DNA of 64,000 bases from Acidiferrobacterales bacterium (GCA_947258385.1 CAMYII010000052.1:6642-70641), one strand, 5' to 3'. Positions 17,025-28,581 are shown, numbered from the stretch's first letter. The notes: generated by a model not told the origin, from the letters alone. A program made the numbers and translations.

Positions 17025-18089
17025 TTAGTTCACCCGCGGATCGAGCTTGCCGCTCTCATACTCGCTGACCATGCCCTCCAGCGAGACGGGCTTGATCTTG
17101 GAGGCGTTGCCGGCAGTACCAAAGGCCTCGTAACGCGCCTTGCAAATCTCCTTCATGGCCTGGGTCGCGGCCTTGAAGTATTTGCGCGGATCGAAATTCT
17201 TGGGGTTGTCGGCCAGGTGCTTGCGGATGGCGCCGGTGGAAGCCATACGCAGGTCGGTATCGATATTGACCTTGCGCACGCCATTTTTGATGCCTTCCTG
17301 GATCTCTTCGACCGGCACGCCATAGGTCTCGCCCATGTCACCGCCGTAGTCGTTGATGATCTTGAGCCAGTCCTGCGGCACGGAGCTGGAACCGTGCATT
17401 ACCAGATGGGTGTCGGGGATGCGGGTGTGGATTTCCTTGATGCGCTTGATGGCCAGGATGTCCCCCGTCGGTGGGCGGGTAAATTTGTACGCGCCGTGGC
17501 TGGTACCGATGGCGATGGCCAACGCGTCGACCTTGGTCTGCTTGACAAAGTCGGCGGCCTGCTCGGGGTCAGTCAGCAGCTGATCGTGAGAGAGCTTGCC
17601 CTCGGCGCCGGAGCCGTCTTCCTCGCCGGCCATCCCGGTCTCCAGGGAACCCAGGCAGCCCAGCTCACCCTCGACCGACACGCCCCCGGCGTGCGCCATA
17701 TCCACCACCCGGCGCGTGACATCGACATTGTATTCATAGCTGGCCGGGGTCTTCATGTCTTCCATCAGAGAGCCGTCCATCATCACCGAGCTGAAACCGA
17801 GCTGGATGGAACGCTGGCACACCCCCGGCGAGGAGCCGTGATCCTGGTGCATAACCACCGGAATGTGCGGCCACTGCTCGATCGCCGCCAGGATGAGATG
17901 GCGCAGAAAAGGCGCGCCGGCATAGCTGCGGGCACCGGCCGAGGCCTGCACGATCACGGGGCTATCGGTTTCGTCGGCCGCTTCCATGATGGAGTGCATC
18001 TGCTCCATGTTGTTAACGTTGTAAGCTGGCACGCCGTAGCCGTGTTCCGCGGCATGATCCAGCAATTGGCGTAGTGAAATCAGGGCCAT
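17025..18089 (-). CDS. fba: Fructose-bisphosphate aldolase class II (CbbA subtype)
   Basis: [49 protein letters not shown]. Confidence 0.97.
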   Translation of the reverse strand: MALISLRQLLDHAAEHGYGVPAYNVNNMEQMHSIMEAADETDSPVIVQASAGARSYAGAPFLRHLILAAIEQWPHIPVVMHQDHGSSPGVCQRSIQLGFSSVMMDGSLMEDMKTPASYEYNVDVTRRVVDMAHAGGVSVEGELGCLGSLETGMAGEEDGSGAEGKLSHDQLLTDPEQAADFVKQTKVDALAIAIGTSHGAYKFTRPPTGDILAIKRIKEIHTRIPDTHLVMHGSSSVPQDWLKIINDYGGDMGETYGVPVEEIQEGIKNGVRKVNIDTDLRMASTGAIRKHLADNPKNFDPRKYFKAATQAMKEICKARYEAFGTAGNASKIKPVSLEGMVSEYESGKLDPRVN

Positions 18090-18140
18090 AATTCCTCCTA
18101 AAGATACTAGATACGTTTACTCTCAAAAACCAAAAGAAAA

Positions 18141-19580
18141 TCAGTCGTTGCGCAGACTGCCCACCTTGGCAATCTTCATCGCGTTGGTGCCGCCCATCAT
18201 GCCGGTGAGGTCGCCCTTGGTGATAATCACCAGGTCGCCGTCGCGTACCGTGCCCCGGCGGCGTAATTCATCGATAGCCTCCTTGTTCACTTCCGCGTGA
18301 TCGGAGGTAGTGATCTCGAAGACCACGGGATAGACACCGCGGTAAAGAGTCACCTTTCTACGCGTCTCCACCTGGCTCGTCAAGGCATAGATCGGCACCC
18401 CGGAACTGATGCGCGACATCCATAAGGGCGTGGCGCCGGACTCGGTCAGGGCGGCGATCGCCTTCACCTTCAGGTGGTTGGCGGTATACATGGCCGCCAT
18501 GGCGATGGCCTCATCGGTACGCTCGAACATGACGTCCATCCGGTGCGTGGACTGCGTCATCTCACGCGTTTGTTCCGCGACGCGGCACACCCTGTCCATT
18601 GCCGCGACCGCGGCCACCGGGTATTTGCCGGCCGCGGTCTCGGCCGAGAGCATGACCGCGTCGGTGCCGTCGATGACGGCGTTGGCCACATCGGAGACCT
18701 CGGCCCGCGTCGGAATCGCTTTTTCAATCATGGATTCCATCATCTGCGTGGCGGTGATCGTGACCACGTCCATGCTGCGGGCGAGCTTGATAATGCGTTT
18801 CTGGGTGGGCGGCACGGCGGCATCGCCGATCTCCACCCCGAGATCACCACGGGCGATCATGATTGCGTCCGAGGCCAGGATGATCTCATCGATGCTCTTG
18901 ACCGCCTCGGCGCGTTCTATCTTGGCAATAATGCCGCCATGCCCGCCGGCCGCGCGCAGCAATTCCCGCGCCTCGTTCACATCGTCGGCGCTGCGCGGGA
19001 ACGAAATGGCAACATAATCCGCCTTGATCTCGGCGGCCGTCCTGATGTCCTCGCGGTCCTTGTCGGTCAGGGCATTGGCCGAGAGCCCGCCGCCCTGCCG
19101 GTTGATGCCCTTGTTGTCCGACAACTCGCCGCCGACGACGACACGGCATGTCACCTCGCTGCCTTCGACCTGATCGACCCACAGCGCAATGCGGCCGTCA
19201 TCGAGCAGCAAGGTGGAACCGCGCTCGACGTCATCGGGTAACGCCTCGTAGGTCGTACCCACGCACTCTTCGCTCCCTTCGTCGAGGGGATGATCCACGT
19301 CAATGGTGAACTTATCGCCCTCTTGCAGAGTGATTTTCTTGTCCTTGAACCGGCCGATGCGGATCTTCGGGCCCTGCAGATCCACCAGCACGCCCACCTC
19401 GCGGCCGTGCGCTTTGGCGCGATCCCGCGCATCCTCCGCGCGGCGCATGTGCACCTCGGGCTTGTCGTGGGAGAAGTTCAAGCGCACCACATCGGCGCCG
19501 GCATCGATAAGCTTATCGAGCACCTTGGGGTCGTCGGTGGCGGGGCCCAGCGTCGCAACAATTTTGGTTCTGCGTAGCAT
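18141..19580 (-). CDS. pyk: Pyruvate kinase
   Basis: RRTKIVATLGP, DLQGPKIR, MIARGDLGVE, ATQMMESM, PTRAEVSD. Confidence 0.97.
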   Translation of the reverse strand: MLRRTKIVATLGPATDDPKVLDKLIDAGADVVRLNFSHDKPEVHMRRAEDARDRAKAHGREVGVLVDLQGPKIRIGRFKDKKITLQEGDKFTIDVDHPLDEGSEECVGTTYEALPDDVERGSTLLLDDGRIALWVDQVEGSEVTCRVVVGGELSDNKGINRQGGGLSANALTDKDREDIRTAAEIKADYVAISFPRSADDVNEARELLRAAGGHGGIIAKIERAEAVKSIDEIILASDAIMIARGDLGVEIGDAAVPPTQKRIIKLARSMDVVTITATQMMESMIEKAIPTRAEVSDVANAVIDGTDAVMLSAETAAGKYPVAAVAAMDRVCRVAEQTREMTQSTHRMDVMFERTDEAIAMAAMYTANHLKVKAIAALTESGATPLWMSRISSGVPIYALTSQVETRRKVTLYRGVYPVVFEITTSDHAEVNKEAIDELRRRGTVRDGDLVIITKGDLTGMMGGTNAMKIAKVGSLRND

Positions 19581-19605
19581 AATTTAGGGTTCAAGCACTC
19601 ATGAT

Positions 19606-19676
19606 CAAGTTGAAAGTCTGCAAGTCACAAGAAGTGTGGGTATTACTTGTTGCTTGCCACTCGTTACTTGCCACTT
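19606..19676. repeat. Degenerate inverted heptamer arrays, pgk-pyk spacer
   Basis: CAAGTTGAAAGTCTGCAAGTCACAAG ... ACTTGTTGCTTGCCACTCGTTACTTGCCACTT, abutting the pgk stop. Confidence 0.7.
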
Positions 19677-20853
19677 ATTTTGCCCGCTGTTCCAGCATCG
19701 CGACCGCGGGCAGCTTCTTTCCTTCGAGGAACTCCAGGAATGCGCCGCCACCGGTGGAAATATACGAGACCTTGTCGGCGATTCCGTATTTGTCCACCGC
19801 CGCCAGTGTGTCGCCGCCGCCAGCGATCGAAAATGCGCTCGACTCGGCGATGGCCACGCCCATGACCCGGGTGCCCTCGCCGAACTGATCGAATTCGAAT
19901 ACGCCGACCGGTCCGTTCCAAACGATAGTACCGGCCTTCTTGATCAATTTTGCGTAGGCCTTGGCGGTTTCCGGACCGACGTCAAAGATCATGTCGTCAT
20001 CGGTCACCTCGGTGACCTTCTTGGTCTCGGCGGCCGCCGACTCGGAAAATTCCTTGCCGCACACCACATCCGTGGGGACCGGGATCTCACCGCCCTTGGC
20101 CTTGGCCGCCCCCATCAGTCGTTTCGCTTCATCGACAAGGTCTTTTTCGTACAGGGATTTGCCAACGTTGTGGCCGGCCGCCTTGATGAATGTGTTGGCA
20201 ATACCGCCGCCAACAATGAGCTGATCGACAACTTTTGACAACGAATCCAGCACGGTCAGCTTGGTCGACACCTTGGAGCCGCCAACGATTGCCATCATCG
20301 GCCGTTTCGGATTGTCCAGCGCCTTGCCCAGGGCCTCGAGCTCGGCGGCAAGCAATGGGCCCGCGCAGGCCACCGGCGCGTACTTAGCCACTCCGTGGGT
20401 GGAGGCCTGAGCGCGATGGGCGGTACCGAAGGCATCCATGACATAAATATCACACAGCGCCGCCATCTGCCTGGCGAGTGCCTCGTCGTCCTTTCCCTCG
20501 CCCTTGTTGAAGCGCACATTCTCGCACATGACGACATCACCGTCGTTCATGTCGCCGACCCCGTCGAGCCAGTCCCGCACCAGCGTGACCTTTTTTCCCA
20601 ACAGTGAGGATAAATGTTCGGCCACCGGCCACAGCGAATACTGCTCGTCATACTCACCTTCGGTGGGACGGCCGAGGTGCGACATCAGCATCAGCTTGGC
20701 GCCGGCCTTGACGGCGTGCTCGATGGTCGGAAGCGACGCCCGGATACGCGTATCGCTGGCAACCTTGCCGTCCTTGATCGGGACATTCAGATCCTCGCGG
20801 ATCAGCAGCCGTTTCCCGGCGAGATCCAGATCGGTCATTTTGATTACGGACAT
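19675..20853 (-). CDS. pgk: Phosphoglycerate kinase
   Basis: [40 protein letters not shown]. Confidence 0.98.
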   Translation of the reverse strand: MSVIKMTDLDLAGKRLLIREDLNVPIKDGKVASDTRIRASLPTIEHAVKAGAKLMLMSHLGRPTEGEYDEQYSLWPVAEHLSSLLGKKVTLVRDWLDGVGDMNDGDVVMCENVRFNKGEGKDDEALARQMAALCDIYVMDAFGTAHRAQASTHGVAKYAPVACAGPLLAAELEALGKALDNPKRPMMAIVGGSKVSTKLTVLDSLSKVVDQLIVGGGIANTFIKAAGHNVGKSLYEKDLVDEAKRLMGAAKAKGGEIPVPTDVVCGKEFSESAAAETKKVTEVTDDDMIFDVGPETAKAYAKLIKKAGTIVWNGPVGVFEFDQFGEGTRVMGVAIAESSAFSIAGGGDTLAAVDKYGIADKVSYISTGGGAFLEFLEGKKLPAVAMLEQRAK

Positions 20854-20916
20854 CTAACGCTCCATAACTGTATTAAAGTATTTAGCCAACATCGATGACC
20901 CGGCTTTTTGTGATTG

Positions 20917-20987
20917 AGTAGCAAGTGACAAGCAGCAAGTGACAAGTAAAACTTGCCACCCGCCCACCCTCTTTTAACTTGCTACTT
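20917..20987. repeat. Degenerate inverted heptamer arrays, gap-pgk spacer
   Basis: AGTAGCA AGTGACA AGCAGCA AGTGACA AG ... ACTTGCCAC ... AACTTGCTACTT, abutting the gap stop. Confidence 0.75.
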
Positions 20988-21999
20988 ATTTCGCATTCAT
21001 CAGCGCAACGGTGGTATCGAGCATCCGGTTGGAGAAGCCCCACTCGTTGTCGTACCACGAACACACCTTGACGAGCTTGCCGTCAATCACGCGCGCCAGG
21101 CCCGCATCATAGGTCGAGGATACGGTGGTGTGATTGAAGTCTATCGACACCAGCGGCTCATCGTTATAGGCCAAAATGCCCTTCAGCGCGCCCTCCGCTG
21201 CACCCTTGACGATTTTATTGACCTCGTCAACGCTGGTTTCCTTCGCCGCTTCGAATGTCAGATCAACCACCGAGACATTGATGGTGGGTACGCGAATGGC
21301 AAAACCATCGAGCTTGCCGTTGAGCTCCGGCAGCACCAGCCCGACAGCGGCGGCCGCGCCGGTCTTGGTGGGAATCATCGACTGCGTGGCGGAGCGCGCA
21401 CGACGCAGGTCTGAATGGTATACGTCGGTCAGGACCTGGTCGTTGGTGTAAGAGTGAACCGTGGTCATCAGACCGCGCACCAAACCGATTTTTTCATGCA
21501 GCGGCTTGACCATGGGCGCCAAACAATTGGTCGTACACGAGGCATTGGAGATGACCGTGTCAGATGCCTTCAGCGTATCGTGGTTGACGCCGTAGACTAT
21601 GGTCGCATCCACATCCTTGCCGCCGGGCGCGGAGATCACGACCTTCTTGGCGCCGGCGCTTAAGTGAGCCGAGGCCTTCTCCTTGGTGGTGAACAGCCCG
21701 GTGCACTCCATTACGACATCGACACCCATGTTACCCCAAGGCAGCTTCGAGGGATCACGCTCGGCGACGACCTTGATCTTGTCGCCATTCACAACCATGT
21801 TTTCGCCATCAACCTGGACGGTGCCGTTAAACCTGCCGTGCACCGTGTCATAACGGGTCAAATGGACATTGGTGTTGGCATCACCGAGGTCATTGATTGC
21901 CACAATCTGGATCTCTTTGGTGCGGCCGGCCTCGTACAGGGCGCGCAGGACATTACGGCCGATGCGGCCGTAACCATTGATTGCAACTTTAATCGCCAT
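20986..21999 (-). CDS. gap: Glyceraldehyde-3-phosphate dehydrogenase type I
   Basis: [28 protein letters not shown]. Confidence 0.98.
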   Translation of the reverse strand: MAIKVAINGYGRIGRNVLRALYEAGRTKEIQIVAINDLGDANTNVHLTRYDTVHGRFNGTVQVDGENMVVNGDKIKVVAERDPSKLPWGNMGVDVVMECTGLFTTKEKASAHLSAGAKKVVISAPGGKDVDATIVYGVNHDTLKASDTVISNASCTTNCLAPMVKPLHEKIGLVRGLMTTVHSYTNDQVLTDVYHSDLRRARSATQSMIPTKTGAAAAVGLVLPELNGKLDGFAIRVPTINVSVVDLTFEAAKETSVDEVNKIVKGAAEGALKGILAYNDEPLVSIDFNHTTVSSTYDAGLARVIDGKLVKVCSWYDNEWGFSNRMLDTTVALMNAK

Positions 22000-22155
22000 T
22001 CTGATCTCTCCCGAAGTTACTATTGGAAATGAAAATAAAATCTGTCCTTTGATGAAAAAACACGCCGCGCATTCCCGCCCATTTAGCGGAAGGCGCAGCG
22101 GTGCGACACGGTTAGGTTAAGACTTCCCAACTGTCTTTAGTGTGCTTCTGATGAT

Positions 22156-24177
22156 TTACTTGAGTACCGCCTGAACAGTCTTAGCAACGTTATCGGCGGT
22201 AAAGCCGAACTGCTTGAACAGCTCGCCGGCAGGCGCCGACTCCCCAAAGCGGTTGATACCAACGACCGCCCCGTCCAAACCGACGTATTTCAGCCACAAG
22301 TCTGTAACACCCGCCTCGACCGCCACACGCGCGGTGACCGCCGCCGGCAGAACTGACTCGCGATAGGCCTCATCCTGGGCGTCGAACACATCGGTCGAGG
22401 GCATGGACACGACTCGCACCTTCTTGCCTTTCGCGGCGAGTTGCTCGGCGGCCTCGACCGCCAGGGCAACCTCTGACCCCGTGGCCATGATAATGGCATC
22501 GGGCTGGCCGTCGCAGTCGCGCAGGATATACCCGCCGCGCGCGATGTCCGCAATCTGCTGATCGCTTCGATTCTGATGCGGCAACCCCTGGCGCGTTAAG
22601 ATAAGCGACGTCGGACCGTCCGCGCGCTCAATGGCGGACTTCCATGCAACCGCTGTCTCCACCGTGTCGCACGGACGCCACACGAACATATGGGGAATGA
22701 TGCGCAGCGAAGTGACGTGCTCGATCGGCTGATGGGTCGGGCCGTCTTCGCCCAGACCAATCGAATCGTGGGTGTAGACAAAGATGGAGCGCGCCTTCAT
22801 CAACGCCGCCATGCGCACGGCGTTGCGGGCGTAATCCGAGAACACCAGGAAGGTGCCGCCATAGGGGATGAATCCCCCGTGCAGGGCGATACCGTTCATG
22901 ATGGCGGACATGCCGAATTCCCGCACACCGTAATGCAGATAATTGCCTTCGCTGTCGGTGTTGGTCAGCGCACGGGAACCCTTCCAGTTCGTGTTATTGG
23001 AGCCGGTCAAGTCAGCGGAGCCGCCCAGCATCTCCGGCAACAACGGCCCGTAACCGTCCAGCGCAATCTGCGAGGCCTTGCGGGTGGCCACCTTTTCACC
23101 CTTGGCCGCGAGCGATTTGATAAACGCCTCCGACTGCTTGGCCCAATCCGCGGGCAGCCTGCCGCTGATGCGGCGTTCGAACTCGGCCGCGAGGTCCGGG
23201 TGGGCCTTTTTGTAGCTTGCGAATTTGTCGTTCCAGCCCTTCTCAAGCTCCGCGCCCTTCTTGCGCGCGTCCCAACCGGCATAGATCTCCGCCGGCACGT
23301 CAAACGGCGCATGCTTCCAGCCCAGGTTCTCGCGGGTGGCGGCGATCTCGTCCTCACCCAGCGGGGCGCCGTGACAATCATGGCTGCCGCACAGATTGGG
23401 GGCGCCGTAGCCGATGACGGTCTTGCAGCAAATCAGTGACGGCTTGTCGTTCACCGAGCGGGCTTCCTTGATCGCTTTCTTGATGGCTTCTGGATCGTGA
23501 CCGTCCACACCGCTGACCACATGCCAGCCGTAGCCCTTGAAACGCATGGGCGTGTCATCGGTGAACCAGCCCTCCACGTGCCCGTCGATGGAGATGCCGT
23601 TGTCGTCATAGAAGGCGATCAATTTGGCGAGCCCAAAGGTCCCGGCCAGGGAACAGGCCTCATGAGACACGCCCTCCATGAGACAACCGTCACCCAGAAA
23701 TGTATACGTATAATGATCGACAATATGGTGGCCGTCCCGGTTGAACTGACCTGCCAGGACCTTCTCGGCGAGGGCCATACCGACCGCATTGGTGACTCCC
23801 TGTCCCAGCGGTCCGGTCGTGGTCTCCACGCCTGGCGTATAACCATACTCCGGGTGCCCCGGGGTCCTGGAATGCAGCTGGCGGAAATTCTTGATGTCGT
23901 CCATGGACAAGTCATAACCGGCGAGGTGCAGCAGCGAGTAGACCAGCATGGAACCGTGTCCGTTGGACAGCACAAAACGGTCGCGGTCTGCCCATTTGGT
24001 GTTGGCCGGATTGTGCTTGAGAAAATCGTTCCATAAGACTTCGGCGATATCCGCCATGCCCATGGGCGCGCCCGGGTGGCCCGAGTTGGCCTTTTGCACC
24101 GCGTCCATGCTCAGCGCACGGATGGCATTGGCAAGGTCTTTGCGGGAGGGCACTGCGTCTTCGGGTTTCGCTGACAT
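22156..24177 (-). CDS. tkt: Transketolase
   Basis: [35 protein letters not shown]. Start placed 7 nt after GAGGA. Confidence 0.97.
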   Translation of the reverse strand: MSAKPEDAVPSRKDLANAIRALSMDAVQKANSGHPGAPMGMADIAEVLWNDFLKHNPANTKWADRDRFVLSNGHGSMLVYSLLHLAGYDLSMDDIKNFRQLHSRTPGHPEYGYTPGVETTTGPLGQGVTNAVGMALAEKVLAGQFNRDGHHIVDHYTYTFLGDGCLMEGVSHEACSLAGTFGLAKLIAFYDDNGISIDGHVEGWFTDDTPMRFKGYGWHVVSGVDGHDPEAIKKAIKEARSVNDKPSLICCKTVIGYGAPNLCGSHDCHGAPLGEDEIAATRENLGWKHAPFDVPAEIYAGWDARKKGAELEKGWNDKFASYKKAHPDLAAEFERRISGRLPADWAKQSEAFIKSLAAKGEKVATRKASQIALDGYGPLLPEMLGGSADLTGSNNTNWKGSRALTNTDSEGNYLHYGVREFGMSAIMNGIALHGGFIPYGGTFLVFSDYARNAVRMAALMKARSIFVYTHDSIGLGEDGPTHQPIEHVTSLRIIPHMFVWRPCDTVETAVAWKSAIERADGPTSLILTRQGLPHQNRSDQQIADIARGGYILRDCDGQPDAIIMATGSEVALAVEAAEQLAAKGKKVRVVSMPSTDVFDAQDEAYRESVLPAAVTARVAVEAGVTDLWLKYVGLDGAVVGINRFGESAPAGELFKQFGFTADNVAKTVQAVLK

Positions 24178-24631
24178 AACCATATCCTCGTCAAAATTTA
24201 GCAATCTGTCTCGTCAAAACCGCCTCGGTACCCGGCATGGACCAGGCTCGTCGTACGTGCGCGCTTTGACGGTAGTAAACAACCGGATGTCTGTCGCTCC
24301 CTGACCCATGATCATGCGGATTGGCAGCTCACAGGGTTTCCAGCGGGGCACTCGTGCTCTCAACAACCATTTCACCGGCTGCAAAAAGGGCCGTGTATGC
24401 TAATGCTTTATGCTTAATAAATAAAGAAATTCAACACCTGCGGCCCCCCGTGACCAAAGGCATGGACCCTGAGACAGGCGCGTATTCTCCCTCACGAACC
24501 GGATTTCGGCAACTGCTGTGCGTTCTTTAATAGATTTCCAGGGCTTCCGCCACCGGGTAATAAAATATTCTTAGTGAGGCATAAGTCATGTGCCCTGTCT
24601 CACACGATGATACCGCGCGTTCCGGGAAACG

Positions 24632-25426
24632 TTAACCGCCGAGCCACGCTCGCCAGTCGGCCAACAGCCGCGTATCCTGGGCGGCCATAACGGAACGATC
24701 GCCCAGCTCCGGGGCGATAAGCGGCTCCCCGGACAAGGTTACGGCATGGCCGCCCGCCTCGCTCAGGATCAAATAGCCCGCCGCGTAATCCCATAGCTTC
24801 TGCCTGCCGTGAACGTAGAGCTGATAACGCCCCGCCGCCAACCAGCACCATTCCAGTGCTGTGGAGCCGAAGTTGCGTTGTGATCGAAAGGGCGGGGCTT
24901 GGCCCAGGCGAGCCCCGAGAGCGGCTGGCAGACGTTTGAAGTCGACAACCGCGATGCTGGCGGATAGCGTCGTCGCCGACGGTTGGAGCGTAAGCCGGCT
25001 GCCGTTAAGCCAGGCGCCCTTTGCTTTCAATGCCGTGAAACACTCCCCTCTCACCGGGTCGTAGACCAATCCGAGCACCGGCTGCCCGTGCTGCAGCAGG
25101 GCAAGCGAAACCGCAAAGAACGGGAGCCCGGTGATGAAATTGCTGGTCCCGTCGAGCGGGTCCAGACACCAGAGCCCCTCGCCGGCGGCGGACAGCAATT
25201 GCCGCTGCTGCCCGGCAGTCATTTCCTCACCGAGAAACGCGTACCCGGGCCATGTCGCAGCGAGCGCCCGCTGCAGGTGGCGTTGCATGGCAGTATCGGC
25301 CTCCGAAACGAGACTGCCATCCGATTTGTCGCGATAAGCGGTCTGGGCAAAACGGGGGCACAACTCGTCCTGTGCAGCCTTGATTACAATCTTAGATAAT
25401 TCGTCGCTATCCGGTAGCTGAGCCAT
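24632..25426 (-). CDS. Inositol monophosphatase family protein (SuhB-like)
   Basis: LGEE, WCLDPLDGTSNF, R.FGS.AL, WDYAAG. Confidence 0.9.
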   Translation of the reverse strand: MAQLPDSDELSKIVIKAAQDELCPRFAQTAYRDKSDGSLVSEADTAMQRHLQRALAATWPGYAFLGEEMTAGQQRQLLSAAGEGLWCLDPLDGTSNFITGLPFFAVSLALLQHGQPVLGLVYDPVRGECFTALKAKGAWLNGSRLTLQPSATTLSASIAVVDFKRLPAALGARLGQAPPFRSQRNFGSTALEWCWLAAGRYQLYVHGRQKLWDYAAGYLILSEAGGHAVTLSGEPLIAPELGDRSVMAAQDTRLLADWRAWLGG

Positions 25427-25711
25427 ATTTGTCCACCGCCTCCTGTGCCAAATGCCAACAATCACCCCGTCTCCCGCACCCGAGCCGGCGCGCAGCCAAC
25501 CGTGCGCCTCCGGCGCCCCACCCGTCTATTCCTAGTGTTGTCGCTGAATGCGTCCTGCAAATAGACCCTGATCGTGCAGGATGCTAACAAAACCCGAGCA
25601 AGGGTTTAAGCAGATGCACCCGGCTACCCTAAGGCCCGCCTCCTTGCTATGTTTATCAATAGGTATTGAACGCATGGCTGCGGGTCATCCGATCCGTCGC
25701 CGACACGTCTG

Positions 25712-26629
25712 ATGGCTGACTCGAATACAAAAAAACGTACAAACTCGTCAATGGCCCGGTTCCGCCCACGACGGTCGATCGTGAGCGCGAGGCTATTTCT
25801 GGGACGGTTTTTACCACTTCTACGGTTTTTACCACTTCTATTGTGCGTTTTTCATTGGCCAGCGATCGCGGCCAGTCCCAGTGCAACACAGCTGACATTA
25901 GCTGTCCAGCCGATCCTGGACATGGAGAGCACGAAAAAAGATTTCCTACCACTGGCCGACTATCTCGGCCGTGTAACGGGCAAACGGGTCGTAATCCACG
26001 CCCTGCCAAATTTCCTCTCATACTGGAATGCTGTTCGCAAGCCCAACAGTTATGACCTCATTTTCGATGATGCGCACTTTACTGATTACCGGGCAACAAA
26101 GCTCGGCTATGACGTGCTCGCCAAGGTACCAGGCTACATCAGCTATAGCCTCATCGTTGCACAGGACAGCCCGATAACGGATCCACACGAACTGGTCGGT
26201 AAACGCATCGCCACCATGGGTGCGCCAAGCATGGGCGCCATGCGCCTTCAGTCCCTGTATCCCAATCCCCTGCGCCAGCCCAACGTCGTGGAGACCGGCA
26301 GCCCGGACAAAGCCCTGGCGCTGCTGCTCGGCAAGAAAAGGGTACGTGCAGCCATCCTGCCGACACCCTATGTCAGCAGCAGAAGGAATCACGGAGACAA
26401 ATTCAGGGTGCTGATCTCCACTGAACCCATCCCCCACATGGCGATTTCGGCGGCGCCCTCCGTAGACCCCCTCATTCGTACCGCCATCCGCAATGCGCTG
26501 ATCAACGCCAACAGCACGCCCGCGGGGGAACGCATGCTTGAGGAACTTGGTCTTGCAAGACTCGAACCGGCGGATACGACGGTCTACCGGGGCCAGGCGC
26601 GTATACTCGAGAAGTATTGGGGATATTAA
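25712..26629 (+). CDS. PhnD/SsuA-like periplasmic substrate-binding protein (orphan)
   Basis: Signal peptide; LAVQP..F.PLADYL...TG..V; L.GKRIA; two-lobe SBP pattern. Start uncertain. Confidence 0.7.
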   Translation: MADSNTKKRTNSSMARFRPRRSIVSARLFLGRFLPLLRFLPLLLCVFHWPAIAASPSATQLTLAVQPILDMESTKKDFLPLADYLGRVTGKRVVIHALPNFLSYWNAVRKPNSYDLIFDDAHFTDYRATKLGYDVLAKVPGYISYSLIVAQDSPITDPHELVGKRIATMGAPSMGAMRLQSLYPNPLRQPNVVETGSPDKALALLLGKKRVRAAILPTPYVSSRRNHGDKFRVLISTEPIPHMAISAAPSVDPLIRTAIRNALINANSTPAGERMLEELGLARLEPADTTVYRGQARILEKYWGY

Positions 26630-26704
26630 AAAAAAGCAGATACAAGGTCCAAGAGGCAAGATACAAGTTAAAAATGCGCAATCAGATATTGCATCATCAT
26701 GTTT

Positions 26705-26776
26705 TTGTATCTTGTATCTTGTATCTTGTATCTTGTATCTTGTATCTTGTATCTTGTATCTTGTATCTTGTATCTT
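26705..26776. repeat. Perfect tandem repeat (TTGTATC)10 with an upstream inverted partner array at ~26637-26670
   Basis: Ten exact units at 26705-26774; GATACAAGGTCCAAGAGGCAAGATACAAG upstream. Confidence 0.95.
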
Positions 26777-26783
26777 CCCATTT

Positions 26784-28130
26784 ATGGACAACAAATCCCT
26801 GGTCCAACGTGATCTTGGCGTCGTGTGGCACCCCTGCACGCAGATGAAGGATCACGAGTCCTTGCCTCTTATACCGATTCGCCGCGGGCAGGGCGTATGG
26901 CTGGAAGACTACGACGGCCATCGTTACATCGATGCGATCAGCTCCTGGTGGGTCAATCTCTTTGGGCACGCCAATCCGCGAATTACCCGAGCGGTCCAGC
27001 AACAGGCGCAGGAGCTTGAGCATGTCTTACTGGCGGGATTTACCCACGAGCCGGTCGTACGATTGTCGGAAAGACTGGTCAGGCTGGCGCCGCACGGGCT
27101 GACACGCTGCCTCTACGCCGACAGTGGTTCATCGGCTGTGGAGATCTCACTCAAGATGAGTTTTCATTACTGGCAGAACATGGGGCATCACGATAAAACT
27201 CGCTTCATCAATCTAAGCAATAGCTATCATGGCGAAACCCTCGGCGCACTTTCGGTGGGGGATGTGGCCTTATATAAAAGCACATATAAACCGCTGTTGT
27301 TCGAGCCAATATCAGTCCCATCACCGGACTGCTATGACAGGGAAGCCGGTGAGACATGTGCGCAATATTCCACGCGCATGTTCGAATTGATGGACCAGAC
27401 GCTGGCAAGATATGCCGATGAAACCTGTGCCGTCATTATTGAGCCCCTGGTGCAATGTGCGGGTCACATGCGTATGTATGATCCTGCCTACTTATCCCTG
27501 CTCAGAGGCGCATGCGATCAATATGGCGTACATCTGATTGCCGATGAGATTGCCGTTGGTTTTGGCCGGACCGGCACGATGTTTGCCTGCGAACAGGCAA
27601 GCATTACACCCGATTTCCTTTGCCTCGGCAAAGGACTCACAGGCGGGTATCTGCCCCTGTCCACGGTACTGACCACTGACGATATCTACCAGGCCTTCTA
27701 CGATGATTACGTTACGCTTAAGGGCTTTATGCATTCACACAGCTACACCGGCAATCCGCTCGGCTGCGCGGCGGCATTGGTAACGCTGGATATTTTCGAT
27801 CAAGATAAGGTGATCGAGGATAACAAGAAACTGGCCGCGCACATGGCCTATGCATGTGCGGAGCTGAGCGAGCACCCCCATGTCGCCGAGGTCCGGCAAA
27901 GTGGCATGATCCTGGCGATAGAAATGGTAAAGGATAAGCGGAGTCGAGAACCCTACCCCTGGCAGGAACGACGGGGGCTGCGGGTATACCAGCACGGCCT
28001 GAACAACGGCGTGCTGCTCAGACCCTTAGGAAACGTCGTCTACTTCATGCCGCCGTATGTAATTAACGAGAATGAGATTGACCAGATGGTGAGGGTTGCT
28101 CACGAGGGTATCAACATCGCAACCGCGTAA
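26784..28130 (+). CDS. bioA: Adenosylmethionine-8-amino-7-oxononanoate aminotransferase
   Basis: VWHPCTQM, DAISSWWVN, YHGET, IADEIAVGFGRTG, GKGLTGGY, HSHSYTGNPL. Confidence 0.95.
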   Translation: MDNKSLVQRDLGVVWHPCTQMKDHESLPLIPIRRGQGVWLEDYDGHRYIDAISSWWVNLFGHANPRITRAVQQQAQELEHVLLAGFTHEPVVRLSERLVRLAPHGLTRCLYADSGSSAVEISLKMSFHYWQNMGHHDKTRFINLSNSYHGETLGALSVGDVALYKSTYKPLLFEPISVPSPDCYDREAGETCAQYSTRMFELMDQTLARYADETCAVIIEPLVQCAGHMRMYDPAYLSLLRGACDQYGVHLIADEIAVGFGRTGTMFACEQASITPDFLCLGKGLTGGYLPLSTVLTTDDIYQAFYDDYVTLKGFMHSHSYTGNPLGCAAALVTLDIFDQDKVIEDNKKLAAHMAYACAELSEHPHVAEVRQSGMILAIEMVKDKRSREPYPWQERRGLRVYQHGLNNGVLLRPLGNVVYFMPPYVINENEIDQMVRVAHEGINIATA

Positions 28131-28138
28131 CACAACCC

Positions 28139-28579
28139 CTAAATCATTACTTGCATCTTGCATCTTGGAATGCCAACGAGCGTATCGCCGAATTTCAGGC
28201 AGGTGGCAATATATCGGCTTTCGGGCGGCTCTGTTACCAGACCTTCAGTGCTATCGATGGTGCGGGGTTGGGGCTCGGACGATGTCAGTATGCCAAAAAA
28301 CTCCGATTCTTTGCGGCCAGGCAATGGAAAAAATATCATTACCTTTGAGTGAAGACCGGGGGGAGTTACGCCCGCACCCATCAGCGCCTCAAACGAAATC
28401 ACCGGCACTGCACGCTGGCGCCAACCGACGACGCCAAGCACCCACTGCGGGCTGAACGGTACCGGTACCAACTCGGGGACATTGACCACCTCCGCAATGA
28501 TCGCGCTCGGCACGAGCAGCGGAATTCCGCCGATTGGAATAATCAGGGTATGAATGGGTCCATGTGCGTGCTGATCCAT
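28139..28579 (-). CDS. chpC: CheW-like protein (ChpC-like), C-terminus possibly clipped
   Basis: LIIP....LLVP..IIAEV..P.WVLG.V.WR...VPVISFE; last gene of the Pil-Chp cluster. Confidence 0.7.
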   Translation of the reverse strand: MDQHAHGPIHTLIIPIGGIPLLVPSAIIAEVVNVPELVPVPFSPQWVLGVVGWRQRAVPVISFEALMGAGVTPPGLHSKVMIFFPLPGRKESEFFGILTSSEPQPRTIDSTEGLVTEPPESRYIATCLKFGDTLVGIPRCKMQVMI

Positions 28580-28581
28580 CG

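Noticed and set aside
26705-26776. Heptamer arrays as a possible CRISPR
   Set aside because: Units are 7 bp with no unique spacers, and there are no cas genes in the window.
26538-26783. In-frame extension of bioA reading (CILYLVS)n
   Set aside because: It is the translation of the heptamer tract, overlaps the upstream gene, and BioA similarity starts at 26784.
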